A stretch of DNA of 64,000 bases from Eledone cirrhosa. Taxonomy: Eukaryota. The position numbers and the translations under genes were made by a program. This document shows, one piece after another, positions 1 through 13,974 of the stretch. Position 1 is the first letter of the stretch, and each line of letters opens with the position of its first letter. Below the pieces are notes generated by a model that saw only the letters and a program-made list of their open reading frames with translations, had not been told where the DNA came from and did not search any database. The stretch spans positions 434,001 to 498,000 of the forward strand of contig OZ024746.1 in assembly GCA_964016885.1 (NCBI GenBank), written 5' to 3'.

Positions 1-524
1 GTTTGTTGCTATAGTCACAGCATTTCAGCCATTACAGCTTCAGGGCTTCTGCCCGTGCCAATCATCATCTCTAATCTTATTTTAAGTAGAATAAATGAGA
101 TAAATAACAAGCTTTTTAAAGCCACTTTCCCTGCTACAATTAACATTGTAAATCTCATGACAGACTTTTCCATTTTCTACAATCCTCTGTACACCACCTC
201 ACATCACCTGGCTTTCAACATCACAAGTAGCTAATTAATGCAACGATACTTTAGTCATGGATAACTGGATGAGAACAATATACAGCAGTGATCTGAAAGT
301 CTGTAAACATTACCACAAACGTCTAAACCCATGCTAGCGTGGAAGATAGACGTTAAACGATGATGATGATGAAAGGCATCTAAAGAAGGGTGGAAGATAC
401 TACAGCAGAAATGTGATTATATTAACCAAGGTGAGGAGACTAGTCCAAATAAATTAGTTTAAAATTGTATGAATAAGTTTTAGTATATTCATGTAGTTAA
501 AATTACCATAAAGATTTCTCTGCA

Positions 525-810
525 ACTTATTCCTGAGATGGTTGTGGGGGCAGAGTCCTCAAACACTCCTTCCAGTGGGTCTTGTCAGAAACAACCAACT
601 CCAACTGATCAGGCTGGATCCCCAAGTGAGACCAGCCAAGCTCATGGATGTTATCCAACCTTCTTACCCAGAGTCTACCTCTGGGTTCCCTACCTGTTGG
701 TTTTGTCTGTAAAATCTGTCCAATGATTCTGTCCTGAGACATTCTAACCATATGCCCATAGTATCAGAACTGTGATCTCTCAATTCAAAGCAGTTCCACA
801 TAAACGAAAG
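525..810 (-). mobile_element. 3' fragment of an RTE-like LINE (family D)
   Basis: ORF end with a degenerate R-P-R-G-R...W.D.I motif. Near-identical peptides at 36035-36200(-) and 45395-45625(+); related piece at about 25955-26120(-). Confidence 0.7.
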
Positions 811-914
811 TCCCACTATCCAACAATTAATCATGCAAAGATCTGTAGCTTATTTGAAAAGCAGCAAGCACTAGCATCAGAAGGAGAATCCACCCATAGA
901 ATTTCTACTTCAAA

Positions 915-2105
915 ATGTCTTGACCAACCCATACGAAGATACAGATATAAAACTGATGATGTCTTGACCAACACACACCAGTACGAAGTTACAGATATAA
1001 AACTGATGATGTCTTAACCAACCCATACTACTATTGAGATACAGATATAAAACTGATGTCTTGACCAACCCATACCAGTAACAAGATACAGATATAAAAC
1101 TGATGTCTTGACCAACCCATACCTGTACGGAGATACAGATATAAAACTGATGTCTTGACCAACCCATACCAGTTCGAAGTTACAGATATAAAACTGATGA
1201 TGTCTTGACCAACCCATACCACTATTGAGATACATATAAGACTGATGATGTCTTGACCAACCCATACCAGTACGAAGATACAGATATAAAACTGATGTCT
1301 TGACCAACCCATACCATTATTGAGATACAGATATAAAACTGATGATGTCTTGACCAACCCATACCAGTATTGAGATACATATAAAACTGATGATGTCTTG
1401 ACCAACCCATACCAGTACGGAGATACAGATATAAAACTGATGTCTTGACCAACCCATACCAGTACGAAGATACAGATATAAAACTGATGATGTCTTGACC
1501 AACCCATACCACTATTGAGATACAGATATAAAACTGATGATGTCTTGACCAACACATACCACTATTGAGATACAGATGTAAAACTGATGTCTTGACCAAC
1601 CCATACCATTATTGAGATACAGATATAAAACTGATGAGGTCTTGACCAACCCATACCAGTACGAAGATAGATATAAAACTGATGTCTTGACCAACCCATA
1701 CCAGAATGGAGATAGATATAAAACTGATGATGTCTTGACCAACCCATACCAGTACGGAGATACAGATATGAAACTGATGTCTTGACCAACCCATACGGAG
1801 ATAGATATAAAACTGATGTCTTGACCAACCCATACTAGTACGAAGATAGATATAAAACTGATGTCTTGACCAACCCATACCATTATTGAGATACAGATAT
1901 AAAACTGATGATGTCTTGACCAACCCATACCAGTACGGAGATACAGATATGAAACTGATGTCTTGACCAACCCATACCAGTACGGAGATACAGATATAAA
2001 ACTGATGTCTTGACCAACCCATACCACTATTGAGATACAGATATAAAACTGATGATGTCTTGACCAACCCATACCACTATTGAGATACAGATATAAAACT
2101 GATGA
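915..2105. repeat. Minisatellite, ~47-50 bp unit
   Basis: Tandem TGTCTTGACCAACCCATACCAGTACGAAGATACAGATATAAAACTGA(TGA) with interleaved variants. Confidence 0.97.
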
Positions 2106-2239
2106 TACTAATTATAAACAGTTCATATATCAATTACACCCAAAATACTTAAACAATAAAATATTTATGAAAATTGTGAAATAAAAAATATATTAACAAG
2201 CAATGTACGAAAGCCGAATTCTGGGGTTTTAGGTGCTGA

Positions 2240-5200
2240 GAATATACTGTATATAGCTGGGAATATACTGTATATAGCTGGGAATATACTGTATATAGCT
2301 GGGAATATACTGTATATAGCTGGGAATATACTGTATATAGCTGGGAATATACTGTATATAGCTGGGAATATACTGTATATAGCTGGGAATATACTGTATA
2401 TAGCTGGGAATATACTGTATATAGCTGGGAATATACTGTGTATAGCTGGGAATATACTGTGTATAGCTGGGAATATACTGTGTATAGCTGGGAATATACT
2501 GTATATAGCTGGGAATATACTGTATATAGCTGGGAATATACTGTATATAGCTGGGAATATACTGTATATAGTTGGGAATATACTGTATATAGCTGGGAAT
2601 ATACTGTATATAGTTGGGAATATACTGTATATAGCTGGGAATATACTGTATATAGCTGGGAATATACTGTATATAGCTGGGAATATACTGTATATAGCTG
2701 GGAATATACTGTATATAGCTGGGAATATACTGTATATAGCTGGGAATATACTGTATATAGCTGGGAATATACTGTATATAGTTGGGAATATACTGTATAT
2801 AGCTGGGAATATACTGTATATAGCTGGGAATATACTGTATATAGTTGTGAATATACTGTATATAGCTGGGAATATACTGTATATAGCTGGGAATATACTG
2901 TATATAGCTGGTAATATACTGTATATAGCTGGTAATATACTGTATATAGCTGGTAATATACTGTATATAGCTGGGAATATACTGTATATAGCTGGGAATA
3001 TACTGTATATAGCTGGGAATATACTGTATATAGCTGGGAATATACTGTATATAGCTGGGAATATACTGTATATAGCTGGGAATATACTGTATATAGCTGG
3101 GAATATACTGTATATAGCTGGGAATATACTGTATATAGCTGGGAATATACTGTATATAGCTGGGAATATACTGTATATAGCTGGGAATATATTGTATATA
3201 GCTGGGAATATACTGTATATAGCTGGGAATATACTGTATATAGCTGGGAATATACTGTATATAGCTGGGAATATACTGTATATAGCTGGGAATATATTGT
3301 ATATAGCTGGGAATATACTGTATATAGCTGGGAATATACTGTATATAGCTGGTAATATACAGTATATAGCTGGGAATATACTGTATATAGCTGGGAATAT
3401 ACTGTATATAGCTGGGAATATACTGTGTATAGCTGGGAATATACTGTATATAGTTGGGAATATACTGTATATAGCTGGTAATATACAGTATATAGCTGGG
3501 AATATACTGTATATAGCTGGGAATATACTGTATATAGCTGGGAATATACTGTGTATAGCTGGGAATATACTGTATATAGTTGGGAATATACTGTATATAG
3601 CTGGGAATATACTGTATATAGCTGGGAATATACTGTGTATAGCTGGGAATATACTGTATATAGGTGGGAATATACTGTATATAGCTGGGAATATACTGTG
3701 TATAGCTGGGAATATACTGTATATAGCTGGGAATATATTGTATATAGCTGGGAATATATTGTATATAGCTGGGAATATACTGTATATAGCTGGGAATATA
3801 CTGTATATAGCTGGGAATATACTGTATATAGCTGGGAATATACTGTATATAGTTGGGAATATACTGTATATAGCTGGGAATATGCTGTGTATAGCTGGGA
3901 ATATACTGTATATAGGTGGGAATATACTGTATATAGCTGGGAATATACTGTATATAGCTGGGAATATACTGTATATAGCTGGGAATATACTGTATATAGT
4001 TGTGAATATACTGTATATAGCTGGTAATATACAGTATATAGCTGGGAATATACTGTATATAGGTGGGAATATACTGTATATAGCTGGGAATATACTGTAT
4101 ATAGCTGGGAATATACTGTATATAGCTGGGAATATACTGTATATAGCTGGGAATATACTGTATATAGCTGGGAATATACTGTATATAGCTGGGAATATAC
4201 TGTATATAGGTGGGAATATACTGTATATAGCTGGGAATATACTATATATAGCTGGGAATATACTGTATATAGTTGTGAATATACTGTATATAGCTGGGAA
4301 TATACTGTATATAGCTGGGAATATACTGTATATAGTTTGTAATATATTGTATATAGTTGGGAATATACTGTATATAGCTGGGAATATACTGTATATAGCT
4401 GGGAATATATTGTATATAGCTGGGAATATACTCTATATAGTTGGGAATATACTCTATATAGTTGGGAATATATTGTATATAGCTGGGAATATATTGTATA
4501 TAGCTGGGAATATATTGTATATAGCTGGGAATATATTGTATATAGCTGGGAATATACTCTATATAGTTGGGAATATATTGTATATAGCTGGGAATATACT
4601 GTATATAGCTGGGAATATACTGTATATAGCTGGGAATATATTGTATATAGGTGGGAATATACTGTATATAGCTGGGAATATACTGTATATAGCTGGGAAT
4701 ATACTGTATATAGCTGGGAATATACTGTATATAGCTGGGAATATACTGTATATAGCTGGGAATATACTGTATATAGCTGGGAATATACTGTATATAGCTG
4801 GTAATATACTGTATATAGCTGGTAATATACAGTATATAGCTGGGAATATACAGTATATAGCTGGGAATATATTGTATATAGCTGGGAATATATTGTATAT
4901 AGCTGGGAATATATTGTATATAGCTGGGAATATATTGTATATAGCTAGGAATATATTGTATATAGCTGGGAATATACTGTATATAGCTGGGAATATATTG
5001 TATATAGTTGGGAATATACTGTATATAGTTGGGAATATACTGTATATAGCTGGGAATATACTGTATATAGCTGGGAATATACTGTATATAGCTGGTAATA
5101 TACTGTATATAGCTGGGAATATACTGTATATAACTGGGAATATACTGTATATAACTGGGAATATACTGTATATAGCTGGGAATATACTGTATATAGCTGG

Positions 5201-5720
5201 GAATATACTGTATATAGCTGGGAATATATTGTATATAGCTGGGAATATACTGTATATAGCTGGTAATATACTGTATATAGCTGGTAATATACTGTATATA
5301 GCTGGTAATATACTGTATATAGCTGGTAATATACTGTATATAGCTGGTAATATACTGTATATAGCTGGGAATATACTGTATATAGCTGGGAATATACTGT
5401 ATATAGCTGGGAATATACTGTATATAACTGGGAATATACTGTATATAGCTGGGAATATACTGTATATAGCTGGGAATATATTGTGTATAGCTGGGAATAT
5501 ACTGTGTATAGCTGGGAATATACTGTGTATAGCTGGGAATATACTGTATATAGCTGGGAATATATTGTATATAGCTGGGAATATACTATATATAGCTGGG
5601 AATATATTGTATATAGCTGGGAATATATTGTATATAGCTGGGAATATATTGTATATAGCTGGGAATATATTGTATATAGCTGGGAATATATTGTATATAG
5701 TTGGGAATATACTGTATATA
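2240..5720. repeat. Minisatellite, 21 bp unit, ~165 copies
   Basis: (GCTGGGAATATACTGTATATA)n. Explains the AGNILYI and YSWEYTV pseudo-ORFs. Confidence 0.99.
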
Positions 5721-5745
5721 CTCAAATATAAACCAAGGAATATAT

Positions 5746-6989
5746 GAATCTATGCTAGAACTAGAGAAGAAATTCCAAACTTGGAAGCAGGGACTAGAAA
5801 GAAAGGGTCTGAAAGTCAACCTGATAAAGACTAAGGTCCTTCTAAGTAGAAGAGAAAACAGAACCCAGATCCCCTCAGGGAAATGGCCTTGCTCAGTATG
5901 TAGGAAAGGTGTAGATAGGAACTCCATTCTCTGCCCCAAATGCAAACAATGGGTACACAAGAAATGTAGCGGGTTCTCAGGAAGCTTAACTAAGAATGTA
6001 GGCTTCACATGTAGCAGATGTGCTGGGACAGCAAACATCCACAGGAAACAAGTACCACCAATCTCTGGGAGGGCTCTAGAAACAGTAGACAGCTTCTGCT
6101 ACCTAGGTGACCAAATTAGCAGCGGAGGTGGGTGTTCAGAAAGTACAAAAACTAGGGTAAGAACGGGATGGAAGAAGTTCAGGGAGCTACTGCCACTGCT
6201 AGCTGCAAAAGGCTTTTCCCTCAAAATGAAAGGCAGACTGTATGATGCGTGTATACGAACAGCAATGTTACATGGTAGTGAGACCTGGGCGCTGAAGGTG
6301 GAAGACTTACGTAGATTAGAAAGAAATGAAGCCTGCATACTCTGATGGATGTGTAATAGTAATAATACGCGAACGGCAAAGCATAAATGAATTGAGAGAG
6401 AGATTGAGTATAAGAGGAATCAAATGCTGTGTGCAGGAGAGGAGGTTGCGCTGGTATGGACATGTGATGCATATGAAGGATGACAGCTGCATAAAAAGGT
6501 GCAGAGCACTAGAAGTCAATGGAAACCACGGAGTGGGGAGCCCCAAGAAGACCTGGGATGAGGTGATAAAAGCCGACCTTACCCAATTACACCTCTCAAA
6601 GGCGATGACACACAACCGTGACCTCTGGCATCACGCAGTAATACAGAATACCTGACCCTCCCACGGGTACAAGCCGAAGCTGAAGCATATAGACAATATG
6701 CCCCCACCCCCTCCCACTGCAAAGTGGACATGCAGGTGTCACGGCAAAAAAGCACCCAGCCCACACTGTAAAGTGGACGTGTAGGCGCCACGGAAAAAAA
6801 GCACCCAGCACTCACTGTAAATGAGGTTGGTGTTAGGAAGGGCATCCAGCTGTAGAAATCAAGCCAGATCAGTTCCTGTATGAGCAAGACATGGTCAGCC
6901 AACCAGACACTGCCCACAACAGGACAACCCGTCTCACCCATGCTAGTGTGGAAGAACGGACGTAAAACAGTGATGATGATGATGATGAT
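5746..6989 (+). mobile_element. 5'-truncated RTE LINE, family A
   Basis: Post-RT region with C4HC3 finger, YLG, HGSETW and RRLRWYGHV motifs; frameshift near 6345; (TGA)n tail. Confidence 0.93.
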
Positions 6990-7029
6990 TAATTGAATGC
7001 ATGGTCCTGTAACTCCTGAGAGAGTCGTA

Positions 7030-7325
7030 GGGGTAGCTTATTAACATACAGCATTTTTAGGGCAACTTAGCAGAGCCCATCTCTCCAGGTCTAAACACAG
7101 CAGATTTCTTCCAGAGAAGGATAAAGAGAGTGAGAGAATGAAAGTGAGAGAATGAAAGTGAGAGAATGAAAGTGAGAGATATAGAGGAAGAATTGACCCC
7201 AGTACTTGACTGGTACTTATTCATCGACCTCAAATGGATGAAAGGCAAAGTTGACCTCAACAGGATTTGAACAGAGAGCAGAGACAAATACCACAAAACA
7301 TTCTGACGTTCTAACAACTGACACT
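7030..7325 (-). mobile_element. Degenerate SINE (Meta-like body, different tail)
   Basis: Shares the GGATGAAAGGCAAAGTTGACCTC core with the main SINE family. Paralogous copy at about 22520-22780. Confidence 0.65.
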
Positions 7326-7869
7326 TCTTATATATTAATGAGTTATATATATCTTTTTGTAAAATGGAGGTGTGATAGATACACAAATATAATAAGTTAT
7401 AAATATCTTGGCCATATATCTGATTTACTTTAATAAGTTAAATAAATAACAAATTCATAAAAACCTGAAAGGTCTCTCTGTTAATTACAGTCTTAATATA
7501 ACGACTAATTACTAAATAATTAATCCTGGAAGTGGCAGTCAAATTTCCAGGTTTATAAGCAGCTTTGGAAAAGTCAGTTATTCATGTGAATCTCGTGTGA
7601 CATGTGTGGCCAAGAAGTACAGTTAATCTTTGTTGTTGCTTTTTTGCAAAGTCGACAATATTTTAATATCAAAATTGCGTGAATAAGTCATTTTACTTTG
7701 ATGCAGTTAAAAAAAAAAAAAATTAAAAAAAATCACTCTCCTCTTGAGAAACAATTCCAAACAAAAATGTACTATATATTTGAGAGTGTATGTGTGTATA
7801 TATACTATATATTTGGGAGTGTATGTGTGTGTATATATACTATATATTTGGGAATGTATGTGTGTGTAT

Positions 7870-8560
7870 ATCTGTATATATATAAAATTAAGTATGTGTA
7901 AAATTAAGTATGTGTGTGGGCCTACATCTTACGACTGATTTTCATGAAACTTTACAGGCTCATAGATTAGTCATCGGGGAGTGTTTTCTATATATCAGCG
8001 TATCGTTTTTTTATTCCGGGGTCATTCTGCAGATAAAAATCGATAGAGGGGGGGGGGGGGGGACACACCTTTTTTTAGGTATCGAAAAATAAGATTTTTG
8101 GTTCTAGCTCCCACATTTTGCCACCGATTTCGTTCAAATTTTAAAGCAAAATAGAATTTATCATTGCACATCCTGTAATGGCTTTATATTTTTCATTTGT
8201 TGTTCAGGGACGGCATGGCAGCCGCTTAAATATTCAAAAATACCACTTTTAGACTCAAATTTCCACTTTTTCGGCTCTAGCTCCCACATTAATCAACTTA
8301 CTTTGTTCAAATTTTACATTATGCTAGACCTGATTTTTTCACGTCTTAAAGTGGCTTTACATTTTGAATCTTTTGTTCAGGAATGGCGTGGCAGCCGCTT
8401 ACATATTCGAAAATACCACCTTTTCGGCTCTAGCTCCCACATTTTTCAACCGATTTCGTTCAAATTCGAAACTTCGGCTCCACCTCACACATAAATCAAT
8501 TTATTTGGTTCAACTTTTATACTACGATAGAACCTACCATTGCACATCTTATAGCACCCT
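7870..8560 (+). mobile_element. Non-autonomous Helitron/Helentron-like repeat with internal tandem subrepeats
   Basis: Three copies of TTCGGCTCTAGCTCCCACAT...TTCGTTCAAATT plus a (C)GATTTTCATGAAACTT motif typical of such elements. Classification is inference. Confidence 0.5.
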
Positions 8561-8610
8561 CCCCTGCATGGCCTGTGTGTGGCCATAGATGAGTCATCGT
8601 GAAGCAGTCG

Positions 8611-11018
8611 CTTGAGGCAAGATTGGTTGTCTTGCTCGTATAGGACTGTCTGGCGGGTTCTCTACAGCTGGATGCCCTTCCTAACACCAACCACATTTAC
8701 AGTGTGGACTGGAAGGTTTTTACCGTGTTACCTACACAACCACATTACAGCGTGGACTGTGTTTTTTCTTGTGACACCTACACGATCTCGATCTCATTAT
8801 CTCATTTATTTGGACTGGATGTTGTGGTACCAACTTTACAGAGAGAGGGTGGTGTTGGTGGGAATGGGAGGATAGGGTAGGGGTAGTGGATTGGGGTGTA
8901 TATTTGGTTAAGAGGTGCCTACTGACTGTAGGTTTCGCTTTGTACATAGGCAAGGCGGGTCTTCTGTATTACTGCGTAGTGCCAAAGATCTTGGTCCAGT
9001 CTTGGAGAGGTGTAAGTGTGTAAGGTCGGAATTTATCACATCGTTCCAGGTTTTTCTGGGTCTACCTACTCCGTAACTACCATCAATTTTGATCGCCCTG
9101 CACTTTTTTATACAGCTGTCATCTTTCATGCGCATCATGTGGCCATACCAACGTAGTCTTCTCTCGAGTAAACAGCATCTGATCCTCTTATTCCTTATTT
9201 CTCACTTAGTTCATTTATGCTTTGTCATTCACGTATATTACTATTACACATCCAACGGAGCCTGCATGCTTCGTTCCTTTCCAGTCTGCGCAGGTCCTCT
9301 GCACGTAATGCCCATGTCTCACTGCGATGTAGCATTGCTGTTCGTATACAAGCATTATACAATCTGCCTTTCATTTTTAGAGAGAAACCTTTTGTGGCCA
9401 ACAGCGGTATAAACTCTCTGAACTTCTTCCGTCCGGTTCTGACTCTGGCTACTGTACTTTCAGAACACCCTCCACCACTGCTGATTTCGTCACCCAGGTA
9501 ACGGAAAGTGTCCACTATTTCTATAGAACCATCTAGGCAATAGAAAGGGCTAGTATCCTGTGGACACTTGCTACTTATTGCACCTGAACATCGGCCACAT
9601 ATAAAGTCTATGTTCTTAGATAGTTTACCTGTGATCCCACTACATCTTTTATGTACCCATACTTTGCATTTGGGACATAAAATTGAATTTCTGCCTACTC
9701 CTTTCCTACACACTGAGCATGGCCATTTCCCAGATGGGACCAGTGCCCTATTTTCTACATATTAGAACTTTAGTCTTAGACAAGTTAACTTTAAGGCCTT
9801 TTGATTCTAGGCCATGCTTCCATGTTTGGAATTTCTTCTCTAGTTCAGCCATTGATTCAGCTATGAGCGTTAGATCATCTGCATATAGGAGTTCCCATGG
9901 GCAGCCGGTCTTCAACTCCTCTGTTATAGCCTGAAGGGCAATAATAAATAGGAGGGGGCTAAGAACAGAGCCTTGATGAACACCAACTTTTACGCTAAAT
10001 TCTTCACTATATTCGTTGTTAATTCTAACCTTACTGACTGTTTCTTTATACATAGCTTGTATAGCTCTCACAAGCCATTTATCAACACCTAGTTTTCTAA
10101 GTGCCCACCAGATAATGGAGCGGGGGGACTCTGTCAAAGGCTTTCTCCAAGGCCACAAAAGCTAAGTATAGGGGTTTACTTTTAGTTAGGTACTTCTCCT
10201 GTAGTTGTCGTACAAGGAAAAGAGCATCCGTTGTACTTTTATCTGACACAAACCCAAACTGCATTTCATCTAGATCAATTCGCTCTTTGATTAGTTGTGC
10301 TATAACTCTTTCTGTGACCTTCATGACCTGGTCAATCAATTTAATACCTCTATAGTTTCCCCTATCTAGAGCATCCCCTTTACCCTTGTAGCAGTTAATG
10401 ATGATGCTGCTACGCCAGTCTTTTGGTATGACCCCATCCTGTATTACTTGGTTAACTATATGGGTGACCATAGTATGTCCCACCATTCCAGATGCTCTCA
10501 ACATCTCAGCAACTATCTCCGAAGGCCCAGCTGCCTTGCCTGTTTTCATATCTTTGATTGCTGCCTTACTTATTATACTACCTTTAACTTGCACCGCTGG
10601 TCCTTCTATTGGATCGATTTGGGGCAGACTATCTTTTTCCCATTTATTCTCCTCATTTAGTAGTCTCTCGTAGTGACACTTCCAAGCTATCTTCTTATCA
10701 GTATCAGTGAGGGCAAGTACACTGTTATCATTATGGATACACTTCTCGCCGATAATATCACGGTTTTCCTTGACACATTGTCTAGCAATCCTGAACGTTT
10801 TTGGTCCTCACATTTTTGGTCCTCATGTTGTAGAACATGCTTGAACTTTCTATCCTCTGCTTCCCTTTTTGCAAGGTACACTTGTCTCCTAGCTTCTCTC
10901 CTGGCCACTTGATAGTGCTCTCTACTACCCCCATCCTGCCATACTTTCCAAGCCTGCTTTTTGGCCTTGGTTGTCTCTTCCACCTTACTGTTCCACCACC
11001 AAGTTACTCTCCTCCTGC
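8611..11018 (-). mobile_element. RTE LINE family B, decayed, 5'-truncated
   Basis: Frameshifted ORFs with KAAGP, NYRGIKL, QFGF, EKAFD, GVHQGSVLSP, LLYADD, then a PHD-like finger. Confidence 0.95.
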
Positions 11019-11642
11019 CAAATATATACTATATATTTGGGAGTGTATGTGTGTGTATATATACTATAAAGCTGACAGCCGAATGTAAGTAACAAACTTT
11101 CCGCCAAGCAGCTGGACCAAACAGCACCAAATTTGCACCATAGATGTAACTTTTCCAAGAAAGTGAGAGTATTTTTGTGTACTGAATTTTGTTAAAAGAT
11201 TAAAGACATTATTTAAATATTCACTTCTTTAAAATTTTCAAATGTCAACACTTCCTGTTATACAACATTCCTAACATCTTCACGAACCAAAGTATCATCT
11301 TCCTGTTTTCTTTCGGTTGCAACATTATTCGAAATATTGACTTCTGCGTTCACAGATTGATATTTTTATTTTCAGAAGATCCCATTAAGAGTAAAAGCAG
11401 CGATTCTTTGCTTAAACTTTAATCTGTTATTTTAAAATATATATATATATAATTATATATTCGTGTACAGATATTTTTGCATACACAAAAACAAAATATA
11501 AACAAACGTATTTATTTCACGAAAGCACAGACGGCTTATCGTCATTGTTACTGCCAATATGCCATCCAAAAAGTCCTAGCCTGGCCGCAAGATCAGATTT
11601 TCCAGAAGAAAAAATGTTACTAGAACAACAGAGAGACTAAGC

Positions 11643-11816
11643 TTCGCGATTACCATCAACAAAGCTCAGGGTCAAACCCTAAAAGTGGCTGGCCTTCATC
11701 TAAGAAGGCTATGGTCAATTGTATGTAGGATGCTCTAGAGTGAGCTCGCCAAACAATCTCTTCATCTTTGGCTCCCGAAGACCAAACAAAAAATATTGTA
11801 TACTCTAAGGCTCTGA
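11643..11816 (+). mobile_element. Helitron Pif1-helicase C-terminal relic, inside a larger Helitron-derived repeat (~11060-11950)
   Basis: Manual translation across frameshifts: FAITINKAQGQTLKVAGLHL...GQLYVGCSRVSSPNNLFIF...TKNIVYSKAL (helicase motifs V-VI). Confidence 0.88.
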
Positions 11817-12643
11817 CAATGTAATTTATGTATTTTCTGTTACTTGGAATTTCCATTATGGTTGTACAAATTATTGTAAAGTTTGTTAAAAAATGTGTTC
11901 TCTGTTCAACCTTTATTGTTGTAACTATCAATTTTCTTTAACATACTGGCTGAGAAAAGAAACCTACAATGAAAGAACATCTTAAAGTTTACCCAAGCCA
12001 ATGTATTTATTAACATTTCTATCTGCAGATTCTTAGCAAGCTTACTGGCGCTTTAGTATGGTATTCAATTCTCATATCGTTTTTAATTTATATGGTGCAT
12101 ATATCGCAGCTATTCATATGTTTTAAACATTAGATAACAATTGCTGGTGTATATTGTACGACAGAATTAGCTGAAAAATATTTTGAATGAACAAATAAAA
12201 GAGATATAAAAGAGAGATGTTTGTTGGTTGGTTCCTTCGCGTATCACACGAAAAAAATGAAAAGTGACAATCGTATGAAAGTTTGTACAGGATTGGGATA
12301 AGAGTATATCCAGGAAAGTTTATTGATACTACTTTTATAACACCAAAGAAGAAGAAAGACATACCACGTATGCTAACCAACCTGACTGCTAAAATCAGTA
12401 ATTTTTCTAGATTGTTGATTTAAAAAAAAAAACAGAATTAGTCTTTTAGACCCCAACCCATCCTATTTATTTTAAAATGTATGGGATTTCTAGTAATGTA
12501 CTTGTTTGTCATGTTTGTTTTTCAATGTCTAAGGAAAATTAAAATGTCACAGCAATGCTACCACTTAAAATAAAATTTCACCAAAGGTAGATTAGCAAAA
12601 TTTAATAAGCAGGGGGTGGGCGTGGGTATTCAAGACCCAAGAG

Positions 12644-12828
12644 TGGATTGGCAGTATCGGTAGAGGGTCGGACGCCATGCTTTGATGCATAGAGTTACGG
12701 CCCTTGCCATTCTGAGTTCAAATCCCGCCGAGGTTAACTTTGCCTTTCATCCTTACGGGGTCGATAAAATAAAGTACCAGTAATACACTGGGTAATTGCT
12801 GGCCTTGTGCCAAAAGTAGAAACAATTA
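12644..12828 (+). mobile_element. tRNA-derived SINE (Meta-domain-like)
   Basis: Box A-like TGGCAGTATCGG, box B GAGTTCAAATCC, body GCCTTTCATCCTTACGGGGTCGATAAAATAAAGTACCAG. Many copies in the window. Confidence 0.88.
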
Positions 12829-12971
12829 TGTGGTAAAGGAAATTTTCTTTGATAAAAATGGAGGATTTTAATTTAAATATAAACACTTTAAAACAGATTT
12901 GTATGATACAAAGGAGAGAGTTTCAGGAGGCTTCGTATGAAAAGGGTTACTAGATATAAGAAATTGTTTAC

Positions 12972-13071
12972 CTTGTAATGATAATATTCGCTGTACACCT
13001 TGACAGAAATCATTGAAGTTAATTTTGCCCTTCTTGTCAGGATCTAAGAATTGAATAATTCCATGTAATTC
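12972..13071 (-). CDS. RAB11FIP4: Coding exon 2 of the same gene, second EF-hand (100 nt)
   Basis: Acceptor tatttttcag| and donor CAAG|gtaaac. Reads ELHGIIQFLDPDKKGKINFNDFCQGVQRILSLQ+G, in phase with exon 1. Resembles the FIP3/4 motif LDP...G.INF.DFC.GV. Confidence 0.88.
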
Positions 13072-13974
13072 CTGAAAAATAGAATTTGGAATATATTAAA
13101 TAGAAACATCTTTCTTTAGCAATTTATTTATTTATTAGTGTAAGTGAAGCAATACCAATTGTCTCCAAGGCCTTTCCTAATTTCAAACGGAGATGTTAAT
13201 ACTTTGAGACAAGATAAAGAACAAGTTTGGCAGCGAACCAGTTGTTATAGAGTGTTGGTGAGCTAAGAGGTGTGTATCTGATTATCTCTGTGATGGCTAT
13301 TCTGTTCCAAAAACATGAGCAGTAATGTTAGAGTAAGAAACATTACTGAAGAAATATTTTTCTTTTAAAATGATATTCTTTCATCTAAAATATCCAACAC
13401 TTTGCCAACAAGCTTAACACATTCTTCAATAACAAAAATAAAACAAAATATTTGCATTAGTGTCTGATATTCTGAAATCATCTTCAGTGGTATTTTAAAT
13501 GGGAAGGGGAAGGGGGGGGGCACTGAAACAGAAGGGAAAGCCGTATACTACATGTGTGAGAAGTGCCATGGTTTATGGGAGTGAGACATGGATAATAAAT
13601 ATGGAGCAGCAGAGAATGCTGGAAAGAATGGAAATAAGATTGGAAATATTGCAGAGAAGAAGACAAACAACTAATTGCAGAAGATGATGGGGAAAAGAGC
13701 TAGAAATGAGTATTGTAAAGAAAAATGGAATGAGATGGTTAGGTCATGTGGTAAGGAAGGATGAAAGTGACTGAGTGAGAGGATTGATGGAAATGAATTT
13801 GAAGGCATATCAATGAAGACAGGCATAAAGATGAAGAAACTTGTTATGGAACCCACAAGGCTAACCCCTGCTTCAGCAGGGAAAATGGTTTTAAAATCAT
13901 TTGTGTATTTTACCTCTAACAAATTAGCAAACATTAAAATAAATTATTTGAAATTCCAAATTAATTGCCTATAA

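Noticed and set aside
915-2105. CRISPR-like array or tandem hammerheads (CTGATGA...GAAG)
   Set aside because: No unique spacers or cas genes; GAAA and stems I/III are absent.
2847-5747. 966-aa ORF and overlapping ORFs
   Set aside because: Stop-free frames of a 21-bp satellite; the run-through into the RTE is incidental.
1-12971. Exon 3 of the RAB11FIP-like gene
   Set aside because: No convincing phase-1 exon found by eye; probably outside the window, though a short divergent exon could be missed.
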